Source of the DNA: an uncultured Anaerolineaceae bacterium
Lineage (GTDB): Bacteria > Chloroflexota > Anaerolineae > Anaerolineales > Anaerolineaceae
DNA length: 36,463 nucleotides
Direction: 5' to 3'
NCBI GenBank assembly: GCA_964647425.1
Contig: CAZYIJ010000003.1
Location: 1 to 36,463 of the forward strand
Below are positions 1-7,389 of the stretch, piece after piece. The notes below the pieces were generated by a model that saw only the letters and a program-made list of their open reading frames with translations, did not search any database and had not been told where the DNA came from. Positions within the stretch are counted from its first letter, which is position 1; each line of letters begins with the position of its first letter. Both the position numbers and the translations under genes were made by a program.

Positions 1-617
1 GCGATATATTTATCGAAATCGCCCAGGATTTCCTGCATTTCTACAGGATCATCAGTGCCAAAGTATTCTTTTGCTAAACTGCGGCGATAGAAGAGAGCAC
101 CAGGGGTAGCCTGATAAGCGTAAGCTTTGTGAATGCCATCAGCCATACCGACTTCGTACACAAAGGGATACATCTTCAATTCGTCAGCATAAACCTGCAA
201 ATCGCCAATGTCAGCCAGGAAATCGCTTTCCACATAGCTTTTCACAAACGCAGCTTCGAGAGCAACAACATCCGGAACATCATCGGTGCCCAGGGTTGCC
301 AACAACTTGGTCTGATACTCACCATTGGTCATGGGGATCATGGTGTAAACAACATCCACATCTGGGTGAGTCTTTTCAAAGGCTACAGCCATGGTGAGGA
401 TTTCGTTAGTGAATGACCAGACATTCAACACGGTTTTATCGGTTGCTACTGGTTCTTCAACTACGGGTTCTTCAGCTACAGGTTCTTCAACTTCAGGTTC
501 CTCTGCAACTGGTTGATCGACAGCAGGAGGTTCTACTTCTGCTGCGGGTGTAGCACAAGCGGAGAGCAGCATGCTCCCAACAAGTATTACGGACAAAATT
601 ACTAATAGACGTTTCAT
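1..617 (-). CDS. Sugar-type ABC transporter substrate-binding lipoprotein (family-1 SBP); N-terminal part only, 3' end lies beyond the left edge
   Basis: It is absent from the ORF track because it runs off the window. Reverse-strand translation from the ATG (complement of 615-617) gives three parts. First MKRLLVILSVILVGSMLLSAC (lipobox LSAC). Then the linker ATPAAEVEPPAVDQPVAEEPEVEEPVAEEPVVEEPVA. Then TDKTVLNVWSFTNEILTMAVAFEKTHPDVDVVYTMIPMTNGEYQTKLL..., which is open to position 1. AAGGAGATAAGGAAAGAAA lies immediately 5' of the ATG. The gene sits directly downstream of a LacI-family regulator. Confidence 0.75.
   Translation of the reverse strand, partial: MKRLLVILSVILVGSMLLSACATPAAEVEPPAVDQPVAEEPEVEEPVAEEPVVEEPVATDKTVLNVWSFTNEILTMAVAFEKTHPDVDVVYTMIPMTNGEYQTKLLATLGTDDVPDVVALEAAFVKSYVESDFLADIGDLQVYADELKMYPFVYEVGMADGIHKAYAYQATPGALFYRRSLAKEYFGTDDPVEMQEILGDFDKYI
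450..509 (-). repeat. Four imperfect 15-nt tandem units encoding the (V/A)EEPx linker of the sugar SBP
   Basis: Units read on the + strand: tggttcttcaactac / gggttcttcagctac / aggttcttcaacttc / aggttcctctgcaac. The same unit family recurs at 14328-14432. Confidence 0.85.
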
Positions 618-676
618 TTTCTTTCCTTATCTCCTTGAATTTTTTAAGTGTTCTAAACAACAACATTTTTTACGGA

Positions 677-1777
677 TTAATGTCTGATTGCACCTCCTGT
701 TTTTACGGACGCTTTGAGAGCGCTCTCTTTACTTTCATCCCCCTGTATGGATAGTATGTTGGATTTCTTTGAGCCGCATGAGTCTCGAACGATCAATTCA
801 GTATCGAGAATCAAACGCTTGGCTGGTCTTGTACCATTTTCGATTAAATCGATAAGCAGATCAACTGCTTTGATACCAAAATGAGTAATGGGTTGATGGA
901 CAGTGGTTAACTTGATCGGTAGAGTGGATGCAATTGGAAGATCATCGAATCCGACAAAAGCAACATCATCCGGAATTTCCAAACCCGCTTCTTGCACAGC
1001 TCGCATCGCACCTATAGCCATGACGTCGGATTGAGCAAAAATTGCGTCTGGTCTGAAGGGCAGCAATTTTTTCATGGCATCGTAGCCGCTGTTTTCAGAA
1101 AAATCGCCTTCGGCGATTAAACTTGGATCGATTTCCCTGCCTGCTTCATCCATTGCCTGTGTAAAGCCGGTTTGCCTGTCAACCGCTGCGGTGCTGTAAA
1201 GACCTCCCGTTATCATACCAATTCGCTTGTAACCGAGGTTTATCAGGTGAATTGTGGCTTTTTTTGCCGCCCAAACATTGTCCACATCGATGTAATTCAC
1301 CAATCTCTCCCCGTGAGGTTTGCCAAAAACCAGGCAAGGGACTTCTGAATTGACCAGGCGCTTAAAAATCTTGTCATCAGAAGTACCAGATTGAATCAGA
1401 ATTCCATCTAACAACCCCCGTCTTGAGATGCGAGGAATAATTTCATTTTCATCTTCCTGGTTTCCCACCAGGAAGAGTGAAAGAGTCAAATGTTGATTAT
1501 TGCAGGCATATGCAACACCCTGCGTAAGTTGTGGAAAGTATGGGTCAGTGAAGAAAGCGCTCGTAGTTCTTGGAATTACCAGGCCAATCATATTGGTACG
1601 CTGAGATGCCAACGATCTTGCAGCCGCATTGGGATGGTAGCCCGTGTTTTGGATGATTTTTTCTACTCGCTTTCGAGTAGCCGAGTCCACGTTTGGACTG
1701 TTGTTGACAACCCGTGAAACGGTCGATCTGGAAACACCAGCTAATTTTGCAATATCCTCGAGTGTTAGATCATTCAT
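677..1777 (-). CDS. LacI/GalR-family transcriptional regulator
   Basis: N-terminal HTH MNDLTLEDIAKLAGVSRSTVSRVVNN. The rest is a periplasmic-binding-protein-like sugar-sensor body (IGLVIP..., GYKRIGMITG, FAQSDVMAIGAMRAV, DDVAFVGFDD). About 30 aa of non-conserved C-terminal tail follow the usual family end (ELIVRDS). Confidence 0.9.
   Translation of the reverse strand: MNDLTLEDIAKLAGVSRSTVSRVVNNSPNVDSATRKRVEKIIQNTGYHPNAAARSLASQRTNMIGLVIPRTTSAFFTDPYFPQLTQGVAYACNNQHLTLSLFLVGNQEDENEIIPRISRRGLLDGILIQSGTSDDKIFKRLVNSEVPCLVFGKPHGERLVNYIDVDNVWAAKKATIHLINLGYKRIGMITGGLYSTAAVDRQTGFTQAMDEAGREIDPSLIAEGDFSENSGYDAMKKLLPFRPDAIFAQSDVMAIGAMRAVQEAGLEIPDDVAFVGFDDLPIASTLPIKLTTVHQPITHFGIKAVDLLIDLIENGTRPAKRLILDTELIVRDSCGSKKSNILSIQGDESKESALKASVKTGGAIRH
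715..728. promoter_or_regulatory. Candidate LacI-family operator O2 (TGAGAGCGCTCTCT, perfect 12-nt palindrome GAGAGCGCTCTC)
   Basis: The palindrome is seen directly. It lies in the codons of the non-conserved LacI C-terminal tail, about 100 nt upstream of the sugar-SBP start (617). It shares the core GAGAGCGCTC with the site at 1818-1831 and has the general shape TGnnAGCGCTnnCA of LacI/CcpA-type operators. Confidence 0.4.
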
Positions 1778-1817
1778 TTCGTCAATTCGGTGAGTAACAT
1801 ATGAACAATATACATTT

Positions 1818-1831
1818 TGGGAGCGCTCTCA
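1818..1831. promoter_or_regulatory. Candidate LacI-family operator O1 (TGGGAGCGCTCTCA, 12 of 14 positions palindromic)
   Basis: Located 5 nt downstream of the predicted -10 box of the lacI-family gene promoter, a position consistent with autorepression. Confidence 0.5.
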
Positions 1832-1836
1832 TAGGT

Positions 1837-1866
1837 ATTATAGTGTATTTAAACCCGGCTTGTCAA
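1837..1866 (-). promoter_or_regulatory. Sigma-70-type promoter of the LacI-family gene
   Basis: The minus strand reads TTGACA (complement of 1861-1866), an 18-nt spacer, then TATAAT (complement of 1837-1842). Both hexamers are consensus. The promoter lies about 60 nt upstream of the ATG at 1777. Confidence 0.55.
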
Positions 1867-2029
1867 TAGGTTAAAACAAATTCAGAATGGAAATATGGTT
1901 AAATTTATATGGCTACCTTTTTTTAAGGGGATAGAATGGTCTATGCCGGCTACCAAATCAGATGGGGCGGAGGAGTAAATTTCCGGAAGTTTTTTTGTAG
2001 CGCTTTACGAACAATATTTATCTTGTTAT

Positions 2030-2494
2030 TTACAGCTGTTTTGTCAGTCGGGTTAGGGCTTCCAGTAACCCTTCCTCACTTTGCAGGCTGTGTGGACCTC
2101 TTGCACGCCAAAGTTCCTCTCCTTGTTGGTCGAAGAGCAGAGCGTAAATATGGTCTTCGTCTTGCATCGTCAGCGCTTCCCTAAATTCATCCTTATTTAG
2201 GTACAGTGTGATCGTACGTTCACGGGACTTTGTATTGGGAATCCCAGCACGCATTCCTTCGTTGATAAAAAAGCGCGAAAGCGTGTTCAGTGACCGGATA
2301 GTCGGCAATTCGTAGTAAACAAGCCCGGGAAATTGCGCTTCCAGTCTCTCAGCCAGCGGGATCCAGCTGTTGACCTCCGATTGGTGCCATTGTTGAAAAG
2401 CGACAAAGATCAGGTTATGTTTCCCCTCAAAATCCTGTGGGAGAGTCAGTTTTTCTCGTTGTAAATTCGAACCATTAACAATTGGAAAGCGCAT
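2030..2494 (-). CDS. Hypothetical protein, thioredoxin-fold-like layout without redox cysteines
   Basis: ORF track 2030..2515. I prefer the internal ATG (MRFPIVNG...) because AAGGTGG lies 4 nt upstream, whereas the first ATG has no SD. The pattern LPQDFEGKHNLIFVAFQQWHQSEV...YYELP resembles a beta-alpha-beta Trx-like start, but QQWHQ replaces CxxC. No family assigned. Confidence 0.5.
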   Translation of the reverse strand: MRFPIVNGSNLQREKLTLPQDFEGKHNLIFVAFQQWHQSEVNSWIPLAERLEAQFPGLVYYELPTIRSLNTLSRFFINEGMRAGIPNTKSRERTITLYLNKDEFREALTMQDEDHIYALLFDQQGEELWRARGPHSLQSEEGLLEALTRLTKQL

Positions 2495-2576
2495 TGGACC
2501 ACCTTTTGAAATCATTAACGAAATTATAGAACATTCTAAGCAGGAACCTTAGGGGAAAGGTTATATATCAGTTAAT

Positions 2577-3980
2577 TCAATCCACAGACTGACCCTTATA
2601 AGCTTGCAGAACTCGCTTCCGTGCCATTGCATGGTCAACGATAGGAGCAGGATAGTCGCGACCAACAAGGCAGCCCACCTGTTTTTGCATATCAAGCGGC
2701 ATTTCCCATGGGGATTGCAGGAATTTGTTGGGCACTTGAGCTAATTCGGGCACCCATCGACGCACATAGTTGCCTTTAGGGTCAAATTTTTGCCCCTGCA
2801 GGACGGGATTGAAGACCCGGAAATAAGGCGCAGCATCGGTGCCGGTGCCTGCCGTCCATTGCCAACCGCCATTATTGGAAGCCGGGTCACCATCCAGGAG
2901 TTGCTGCATGAAGAAGCGCTCGCCCTCCCGCCAATCGATTAAAAGATCCTTGGTCAGAAAAGAGGCTGTGATCATACGCGCCCGATTGTGCATCCACCCG
3001 GTCGCTTTCAGCTGGCGCATGGCAGCATCCACAACCGGGTAACCGGTCAGTCCAGCTTTCCAGGCGTTCAGGGCAGCCGGGTCATTGACCCACGGGATTT
3101 GCCGAAGGGCTTCTTTGAAGGCTGTTCCGCGGACAAACGGGAAGTGGTAGAGGATGGCAGCATAAAACTCACGCCAGATCAGTTCGTTCAGCCAGGTTTC
3201 GACCCCTTCACGAGCTGTCGTTGTCACGGCGGAATCCGATGCCTGCCGGGCAGCCCAGGCTGCTTGCCTTGCGGAAAGCATCCCCAGCCGCAAATAAGGG
3301 GACAGTTGCGATGTGCCTTCCAGATCCATGCGATTGCGCGTATTGGCATACTCAAAAATTTGAAAATCTGTAAAACTGGAGAGCCTTTTTTGGGCTTCCT
3401 GCTCGCCCGCCCTGAAAGTACTTTCGGATGGGTGGGATGGCTGGGTTGGGATTTCAAGGCTCTGTAACTCAGGGACGGTTGGTAGGTGGTCTGGCGCGGG
3501 CAGAGGAGAAGCCACTGCAGGAAGGCTTCGCCACAAGCGGCTGAAAGGAGTGAAGACTGTGTAAGGTTCGCCATTGGCTTTGCGGAGCATCTCAGGATGA
3601 TAGACCGTTACCCCATTCACCAGCTGCAAAGGAAGATTGAGCGCAATTTTTTCATCGCGTTGAATGGCATAAGGCGAATAATCGTCTTCAGCGAAAATGC
3701 CTTCAACCTGGTTTTCATTGCAAAGAGCGCTCAGGACCTCAAGCGGGTCGCCCTCCCGGAGGATAAGCCTGCTTCCGCGCTCCAGAAGGCTGGTTTCCAT
3801 GGCACGCAGACCGTCTAACAAGAAAGCCAGGCGGGCTGGACCGACAAAGTCAGATGACAACAACCCTGGATCCAGAATAAATACCGGAATAACCGTGTTC
3901 GCCTGGCGCAGCGCTTCTGCCAATGCCTGGTTATCACTCAGCCGCAGGTCCCGCCTTATCCACCAAATTGCTCTATCCAT
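2577..3980 (-). CDS. phr: Deoxyribodipyrimidine photolyase (class I CPD photolyase/cryptochrome family)
   Basis: N-terminus IWWIRRDLRLSDNQAL. FAD-binding C-terminal motifs WREFY, GWMHNRARMITASFL, DGDPASNNGGWQWTAGTGTDAAPYFRVFNPVLQGQKFDPKGNYVRRWVPEL. GGAGGG SD upstream of the ATG. Confidence 0.93.
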   Translation of the reverse strand: MDRAIWWIRRDLRLSDNQALAEALRQANTVIPVFILDPGLLSSDFVGPARLAFLLDGLRAMETSLLERGSRLILREGDPLEVLSALCNENQVEGIFAEDDYSPYAIQRDEKIALNLPLQLVNGVTVYHPEMLRKANGEPYTVFTPFSRLWRSLPAVASPLPAPDHLPTVPELQSLEIPTQPSHPSESTFRAGEQEAQKRLSSFTDFQIFEYANTRNRMDLEGTSQLSPYLRLGMLSARQAAWAARQASDSAVTTTAREGVETWLNELIWREFYAAILYHFPFVRGTAFKEALRQIPWVNDPAALNAWKAGLTGYPVVDAAMRQLKATGWMHNRARMITASFLTKDLLIDWREGERFFMQQLLDGDPASNNGGWQWTAGTGTDAAPYFRVFNPVLQGQKFDPKGNYVRRWVPELAQVPNKFLQSPWEMPLDMQKQVGCLVGRDYPAPIVDHAMARKRVLQAYKGQSVD

Positions 3981-4248
3981 TATCTTAACCCTCCTATCCC
4001 TTGTTACCTTCTGCCATCCGTTCGTTTTCGGTTTATACCAATATTACAACATATGTGTCTGCTATTGGCAAACAATTTTAAAATAGGGATCAGGGCAGCA
4101 TTACAGGGGGTTGTGGGCAATCAAATTAACTCATGAATAAGAGCTGGTTGAGGGTTGATCAGTTGGTACTAAATGCAGTATGCAAGATCGATGTGCAGTT
4201 AGACACGAAATCCTCCGCAGAGAGTGTATGAAGGGATAAAATTGTCCT

Positions 4249-4711
4249 ATGGAAGAAATTCTTATTGCACCATGCGGTATGAACTGCGCTTTATGTGCCG
4301 CCTATCTGTTCAAAAAAATGGATTTGAATAAGAGAGGTTTTCACCGCACGTATTGTCCTGGCTGCATACCCAGGGGCAAAAATTGCACCCATATGGCCGA
4401 TGCCTGTGAGTTACTTGGGAATGGTTTGGTTCGTTTTTTTTTTTGAGTGTGAAAGCTATCCCTGTAAAAGATTGAAAGCTCTGGATAAACGCTATCGCAC
4501 CAAGTATCACATGAGTATGATAGAAAACCTGAATTCAATAAAAGAGGATGGCATGAAAAACTTCCTGGAAACCGAAGAGCAGAAATGGCGCTGCCCAAAA
4601 TGCGGGGGCACCATCTGTTGCCACAACGGGCTGTGCCTGGATTGTGATCTCGAAATATTTCTGGAGAACAGAAAATACCATTGGAACGAACAAAAGCCAC
4701 ATTTAAGATAA
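4249..4711 (+). pseudogene. DUF3795-type Cys-rich (zinc-ribbon-like) protein gene split by a frameshift in a T11 run
   Basis: ORF 4249..4446 (frame +1, MEEILIAPCGMNCALCAAYL...CPGC...C...C...RFFF*) and ORF 4400..4711 (frame +2, ...FFFECESYPCKRLKALDKRY...WRCPKCGGTICCHNGLCLDCD) are the two halves of one recognisable protein type. Removing one T from the run at 4434-4444 fuses them into a single ORF of about 153 aa. Confidence 0.7.
4434..4444 (+). repeat. Homopolymer T11 at the frameshift point
   Basis: Counted directly: cg + 11 T + gagtgt. Confidence 0.95.
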
Positions 4712-4725
4712 AAGTGAGCCAGATT

Positions 4726-5220
4726 ATGCAAACACTAAACGATGCCATCAGGGAATATACAGCACAATTGCAAAAAGGTCAGATCCAGGAGGCCTATAAA
4801 GGCATTATGACCTTCATGTCCGGACTCAAAACTTACCTCCAAAGCCGTCATAAGCAATACACAACCACTGGGCTCTATTTTGGCTACATGGACATGACCT
4901 ACTTTGCCTTTACGCCGCCAGAGTTGAAATACCGAAATCTCAAAATCGCAATCGTCTACCTGCACGAAGAAAATAGATTTGAATTGTGGTTAGGCGGCAC
5001 TAACAGGAAAGTGCAAGCGCAATACATCGAAATATTTAGAGAGAAAGATATTGCACCCTATAAGCTTTCCCAGGTCAGCCCGGGTGTGGATTCAATTATC
5101 GAGTTGATTGTTTCTGAGCAGCCAGATTTTGATGATGCCGATACATTGATGCAGATCATCGAAGAAAACACTGTTGAGTTCGCGAATCGAATCATCTCCG
5201 TATTGCCAAAGGGTGTGTAG
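4726..5220 (+). CDS. Conserved hypothetical protein (from memory resembles DUF7000-type proteins of Firmicutes/Bacteroidota; unverified)
   Basis: ORF track 4681..5220. I use the ATG at 4726 (MQTLNDAIREYTAQLQKGQIQEAYKGIM...), which avoids overlap with the preceding ORF that ends at 4711. No catalytic motif recognised. Confidence 0.6.
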   Translation: MQTLNDAIREYTAQLQKGQIQEAYKGIMTFMSGLKTYLQSRHKQYTTTGLYFGYMDMTYFAFTPPELKYRNLKIAIVYLHEENRFELWLGGTNRKVQAQYIEIFREKDIAPYKLSQVSPGVDSIIELIVSEQPDFDDADTLMQIIEENTVEFANRIISVLPKGV

Positions 5221-5505
5221 TCTGTATAACGGCTGGAGGCACCCTTAGTAGGCAATAGAGTCTCAGCCCTACAAAAAAACAGACCCTGATGGATGGAAAA
5301 CCTCAAGCCTTCTTTACCCCATCCTCGCTCGAAGATCCCTGGAGCGCAGCGGAAGGAAATGGGGGATTGAGGGGGTGGGTTTTTGTACTCCGAGGGTTGA
5401 TGGCGTTTTGAAACCAAGCGATATTGAATTTTGTTCTTAGAAACCTGGAAATAAGTTTCAATACCCAGAAGGGATAATACAATATTCTAAGGTGAAGGTA
5501 GATCT

Positions 5506-5661
5506 TTGGACGGTGTGGATAAGGAAAGCGTAAAAGTACTGTTTAACTCAAGCAAATTGAAATTCGACTTTGACGATGAAAAAGTAAACGTTGAAGACGT
5601 CGAAAAAGCCATCACGAAACTAGGCTACGAAGTTTTAAAAACTCAAGTCAAAGCGGTTTAA
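5506..5661 (+). CDS. Short ORF (51 aa from TTG, or 48 aa from GTG at 5515) encoding only the C-terminal half of a heavy-metal-associated (CopZ-like) fold; possible gene remnant
   Basis: Translation ..LDGVDKESVKVLFNSSKLKFDFDDEKVNVEDVEKAITKLGYEVLKTQVKAV* matches the second beta-alpha-beta half of HMA domains (V.V....l.v.fd...v....v..ai..lGYev). The GMTCxxC metal-binding half is absent, and an in-frame TAA lies 5 codons upstream of the TTG. AAGGTGAAGG lies 7 nt upstream of the TTG and a strong terminator follows. Too short for the ORF track. Confidence 0.35.
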   Translation: MDGVDKESVKVLFNSSKLKFDFDDEKVNVEDVEKAITKLGYEVLKTQVKAV

Positions 5662-5677
5662 GACCAGCAACAAGTTT

Positions 5678-5710
5678 GGAGCAAGAAGTTATATTCTTGC
5701 TCCTTTTTTT
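5678..5710 (+). terminator. Rho-independent terminator
   Basis: GGAGCAAGAA (5678-5687), loop gttata, TTCTTGCTCC (5694-5703), then a T7 run. Perfect 10-bp stem. Confidence 0.75.
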
Positions 5711-5738
5711 ATGCTTTCAACAAACAGTTTAATAAGGC

Positions 5739-6263
5739 TTAAAGAGATTTGACGTAGTTTACCAAGGGCTCAATCGACTCGCGAGAGGAATGATCATAAG
5801 AGTTCTTCATTGCAGCGATCATCGGGTCCTGATTCCCATCCTTGTCCTTAATCCTGCGCATTACATTTCGAACCATGGTCATGATCAATTTATCGAAACC
5901 CTTCATCTCCTCATAATTGAAACCGCTTTGTAAGTAGAAAAAAGGGATCCCTGAATTTCGCGGGACATTCATATTTTGTACTCTGTTAATTGCTTCAATC
6001 TCATCTGGTGGGGTTGCACCAGTCGCGAAAATTACCAGTCTTGTATTTGGAAGAGACACTCTGGTTTTGTTCAAAAACTTGATCCCACCAATTTTTCCTG
6101 CACGCACACCACCCCCAAAAATGATCACTTCATAATCAGAAAGATCGACCATATTGACGTTCTCTAACGGATATTTCTCACAATTTAATTCTTCCGCGAT
6201 CCAGGAAGCATACTTCTCAGTAAAACCAGTTTTCGATTTGTAAATAACCACATAATTTCCCAT
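5739..6263 (-). CDS. Flavodoxin-like domain protein
   Basis: ORF track 5739..6299 starts at a TTG. I prefer the ATG at 6263 (MGNYVVIYKSKTGFTEKYASWIAEEL), which has GAGG 8 nt upstream. VVIYxSxTGxTEKYA is the flavodoxin FMN phosphate-binding loop, and VIIFGGGVRAGKIGG fits the fold. Confidence 0.8.
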   Translation of the reverse strand: MGNYVVIYKSKTGFTEKYASWIAEELNCEKYPLENVNMVDLSDYEVIIFGGGVRAGKIGGIKFLNKTRVSLPNTRLVIFATGATPPDEIEAINRVQNMNVPRNSGIPFFYLQSGFNYEEMKGFDKLIMTMVRNVMRRIKDKDGNQDPMIAAMKNSYDHSSRESIEPLVNYVKSL

Positions 6264-6410
6264 GCTGTACCTCAATAATTCTGAATAACTTGGATCCAAA
6301 TTGTCATTAGTGACAAGCCGATGAAAAGCACCCTATATCAAGCGCTTCATACTAATTATACAGTGCCAGAGTAATTTGTTGTGATACTAAGCAGATCTTG
6401 ATAAAAACTG

Positions 6411-7265
6411 TTATACGCCGAAAATCCCGGTCAGAACAAACACAAACATTGAGCCTGCGATGATCCCCAAAGCGGTATAGTTTTCATTCCCATATTTACG
6501 CGCGGTTGGGATGAGTTCGTCGAGAGTGATAAACACCATCACACCCCCTGCAAAGGCCAGTGCTGCCGGAAGGAGCTCGGTAAATCGCACTAAGAACATG
6601 CTTGCCAACAAAGCGCCTGCTGGTTCTGCCAAACCTGATAAAAAAGCTACCTTTAGGGCATCTCGCTTACAGATGCCGGCTTTGCATAGCGGTAAGGCTG
6701 TGGCAATCCCTTCCGGGATGTTATGCAGTAAGATAGCAACGGCTATAAAAAGACCAAACTGGGGATTGTGAAGGTAGCCAGCACCAACAGCAATTCCTTC
6801 AGGCAAATTGTGAATAGTAATGCCGATCGCCAGTAGCAAACCTGTATTGACCAGAGAGCGATCAACACCTTGTCCGTTCCCATTCAGGAATTTTCGCTGT
6901 CGTTTTCGCTTCCTCTCTATGTCTTCATCCTCACAGTTGCATGCTTCAAGTGCTTCTTGTTCCTGCCTGATCTCCCGTTCACCAAAGCGAATGTGTGGAG
7001 CATAATTATCCAAAACAAGCATAAATACCGCTCCCAATCCAAAGCCGATAGTTGCGGTATACCAGTTCGATAATTCGATAGACTCCTGAACTAACTCAAG
7101 AAAAGCCAAACAGATCATCACTCCTGCGGTGATTCCCATCAAAAATCCATAGGATCTGCGCCCCGGTTTTCGGATGATCGCAATAAGACCGCCTAGACCG
7201 GTGCCCAAGCTCGCCATTAGGCTAAGCAAAAGTATATTTACTAGTGGATGCAAGTTTTCAAACAT
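6411..7265 (-). CDS. zupT: ZIP-family divalent metal (zinc) transporter, ZupT-like
   Basis: Polytopic membrane protein with the paired ZIP signatures IHNLPEGIAVG and LLHNIPEGIATA. A charged cytoplasmic loop (CNCEDEDIERKRKRQRKF) sits between the two halves. Confidence 0.88.
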   Translation of the reverse strand: MFENLHPLVNILLLSLMASLGTGLGGLIAIIRKPGRRSYGFLMGITAGVMICLAFLELVQESIELSNWYTATIGFGLGAVFMLVLDNYAPHIRFGEREIRQEQEALEACNCEDEDIERKRKRQRKFLNGNGQGVDRSLVNTGLLLAIGITIHNLPEGIAVGAGYLHNPQFGLFIAVAILLHNIPEGIATALPLCKAGICKRDALKVAFLSGLAEPAGALLASMFLVRFTELLPAALAFAGGVMVFITLDELIPTARKYGNENYTALGIIAGSMFVFVLTGIFGV

Positions 7266-7389
7266 AGTTTTCAGCCATCTTTATTCTTAAGCCCGTGAAT
7301 TATACTGGATTATTAGATAGTGCAATAGAACTTAAACAAATCGAAGGGGGTACAATTCTTGCACATTCCTACGCAGGGATTGACAGCCT

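Noticed and set aside
5351-5384. G-quadruplex in the G-rich block upstream of the half-HMA ORF
   Set aside because: Only three runs of three or more G are present (GGGGG, GGGGG, GGG). A fourth run would have to be a GG, so a canonical G4 is not supported.
5058-5417. 119-aa ORF on the minus strand in the 5.2-5.4 kb gap
   Set aside because: It overlaps the 3' end of the well-formed + strand gene at 4726-5220. It has a low-complexity Pro/Gly/Ser-rich translation and no SD, so it is likely spurious.
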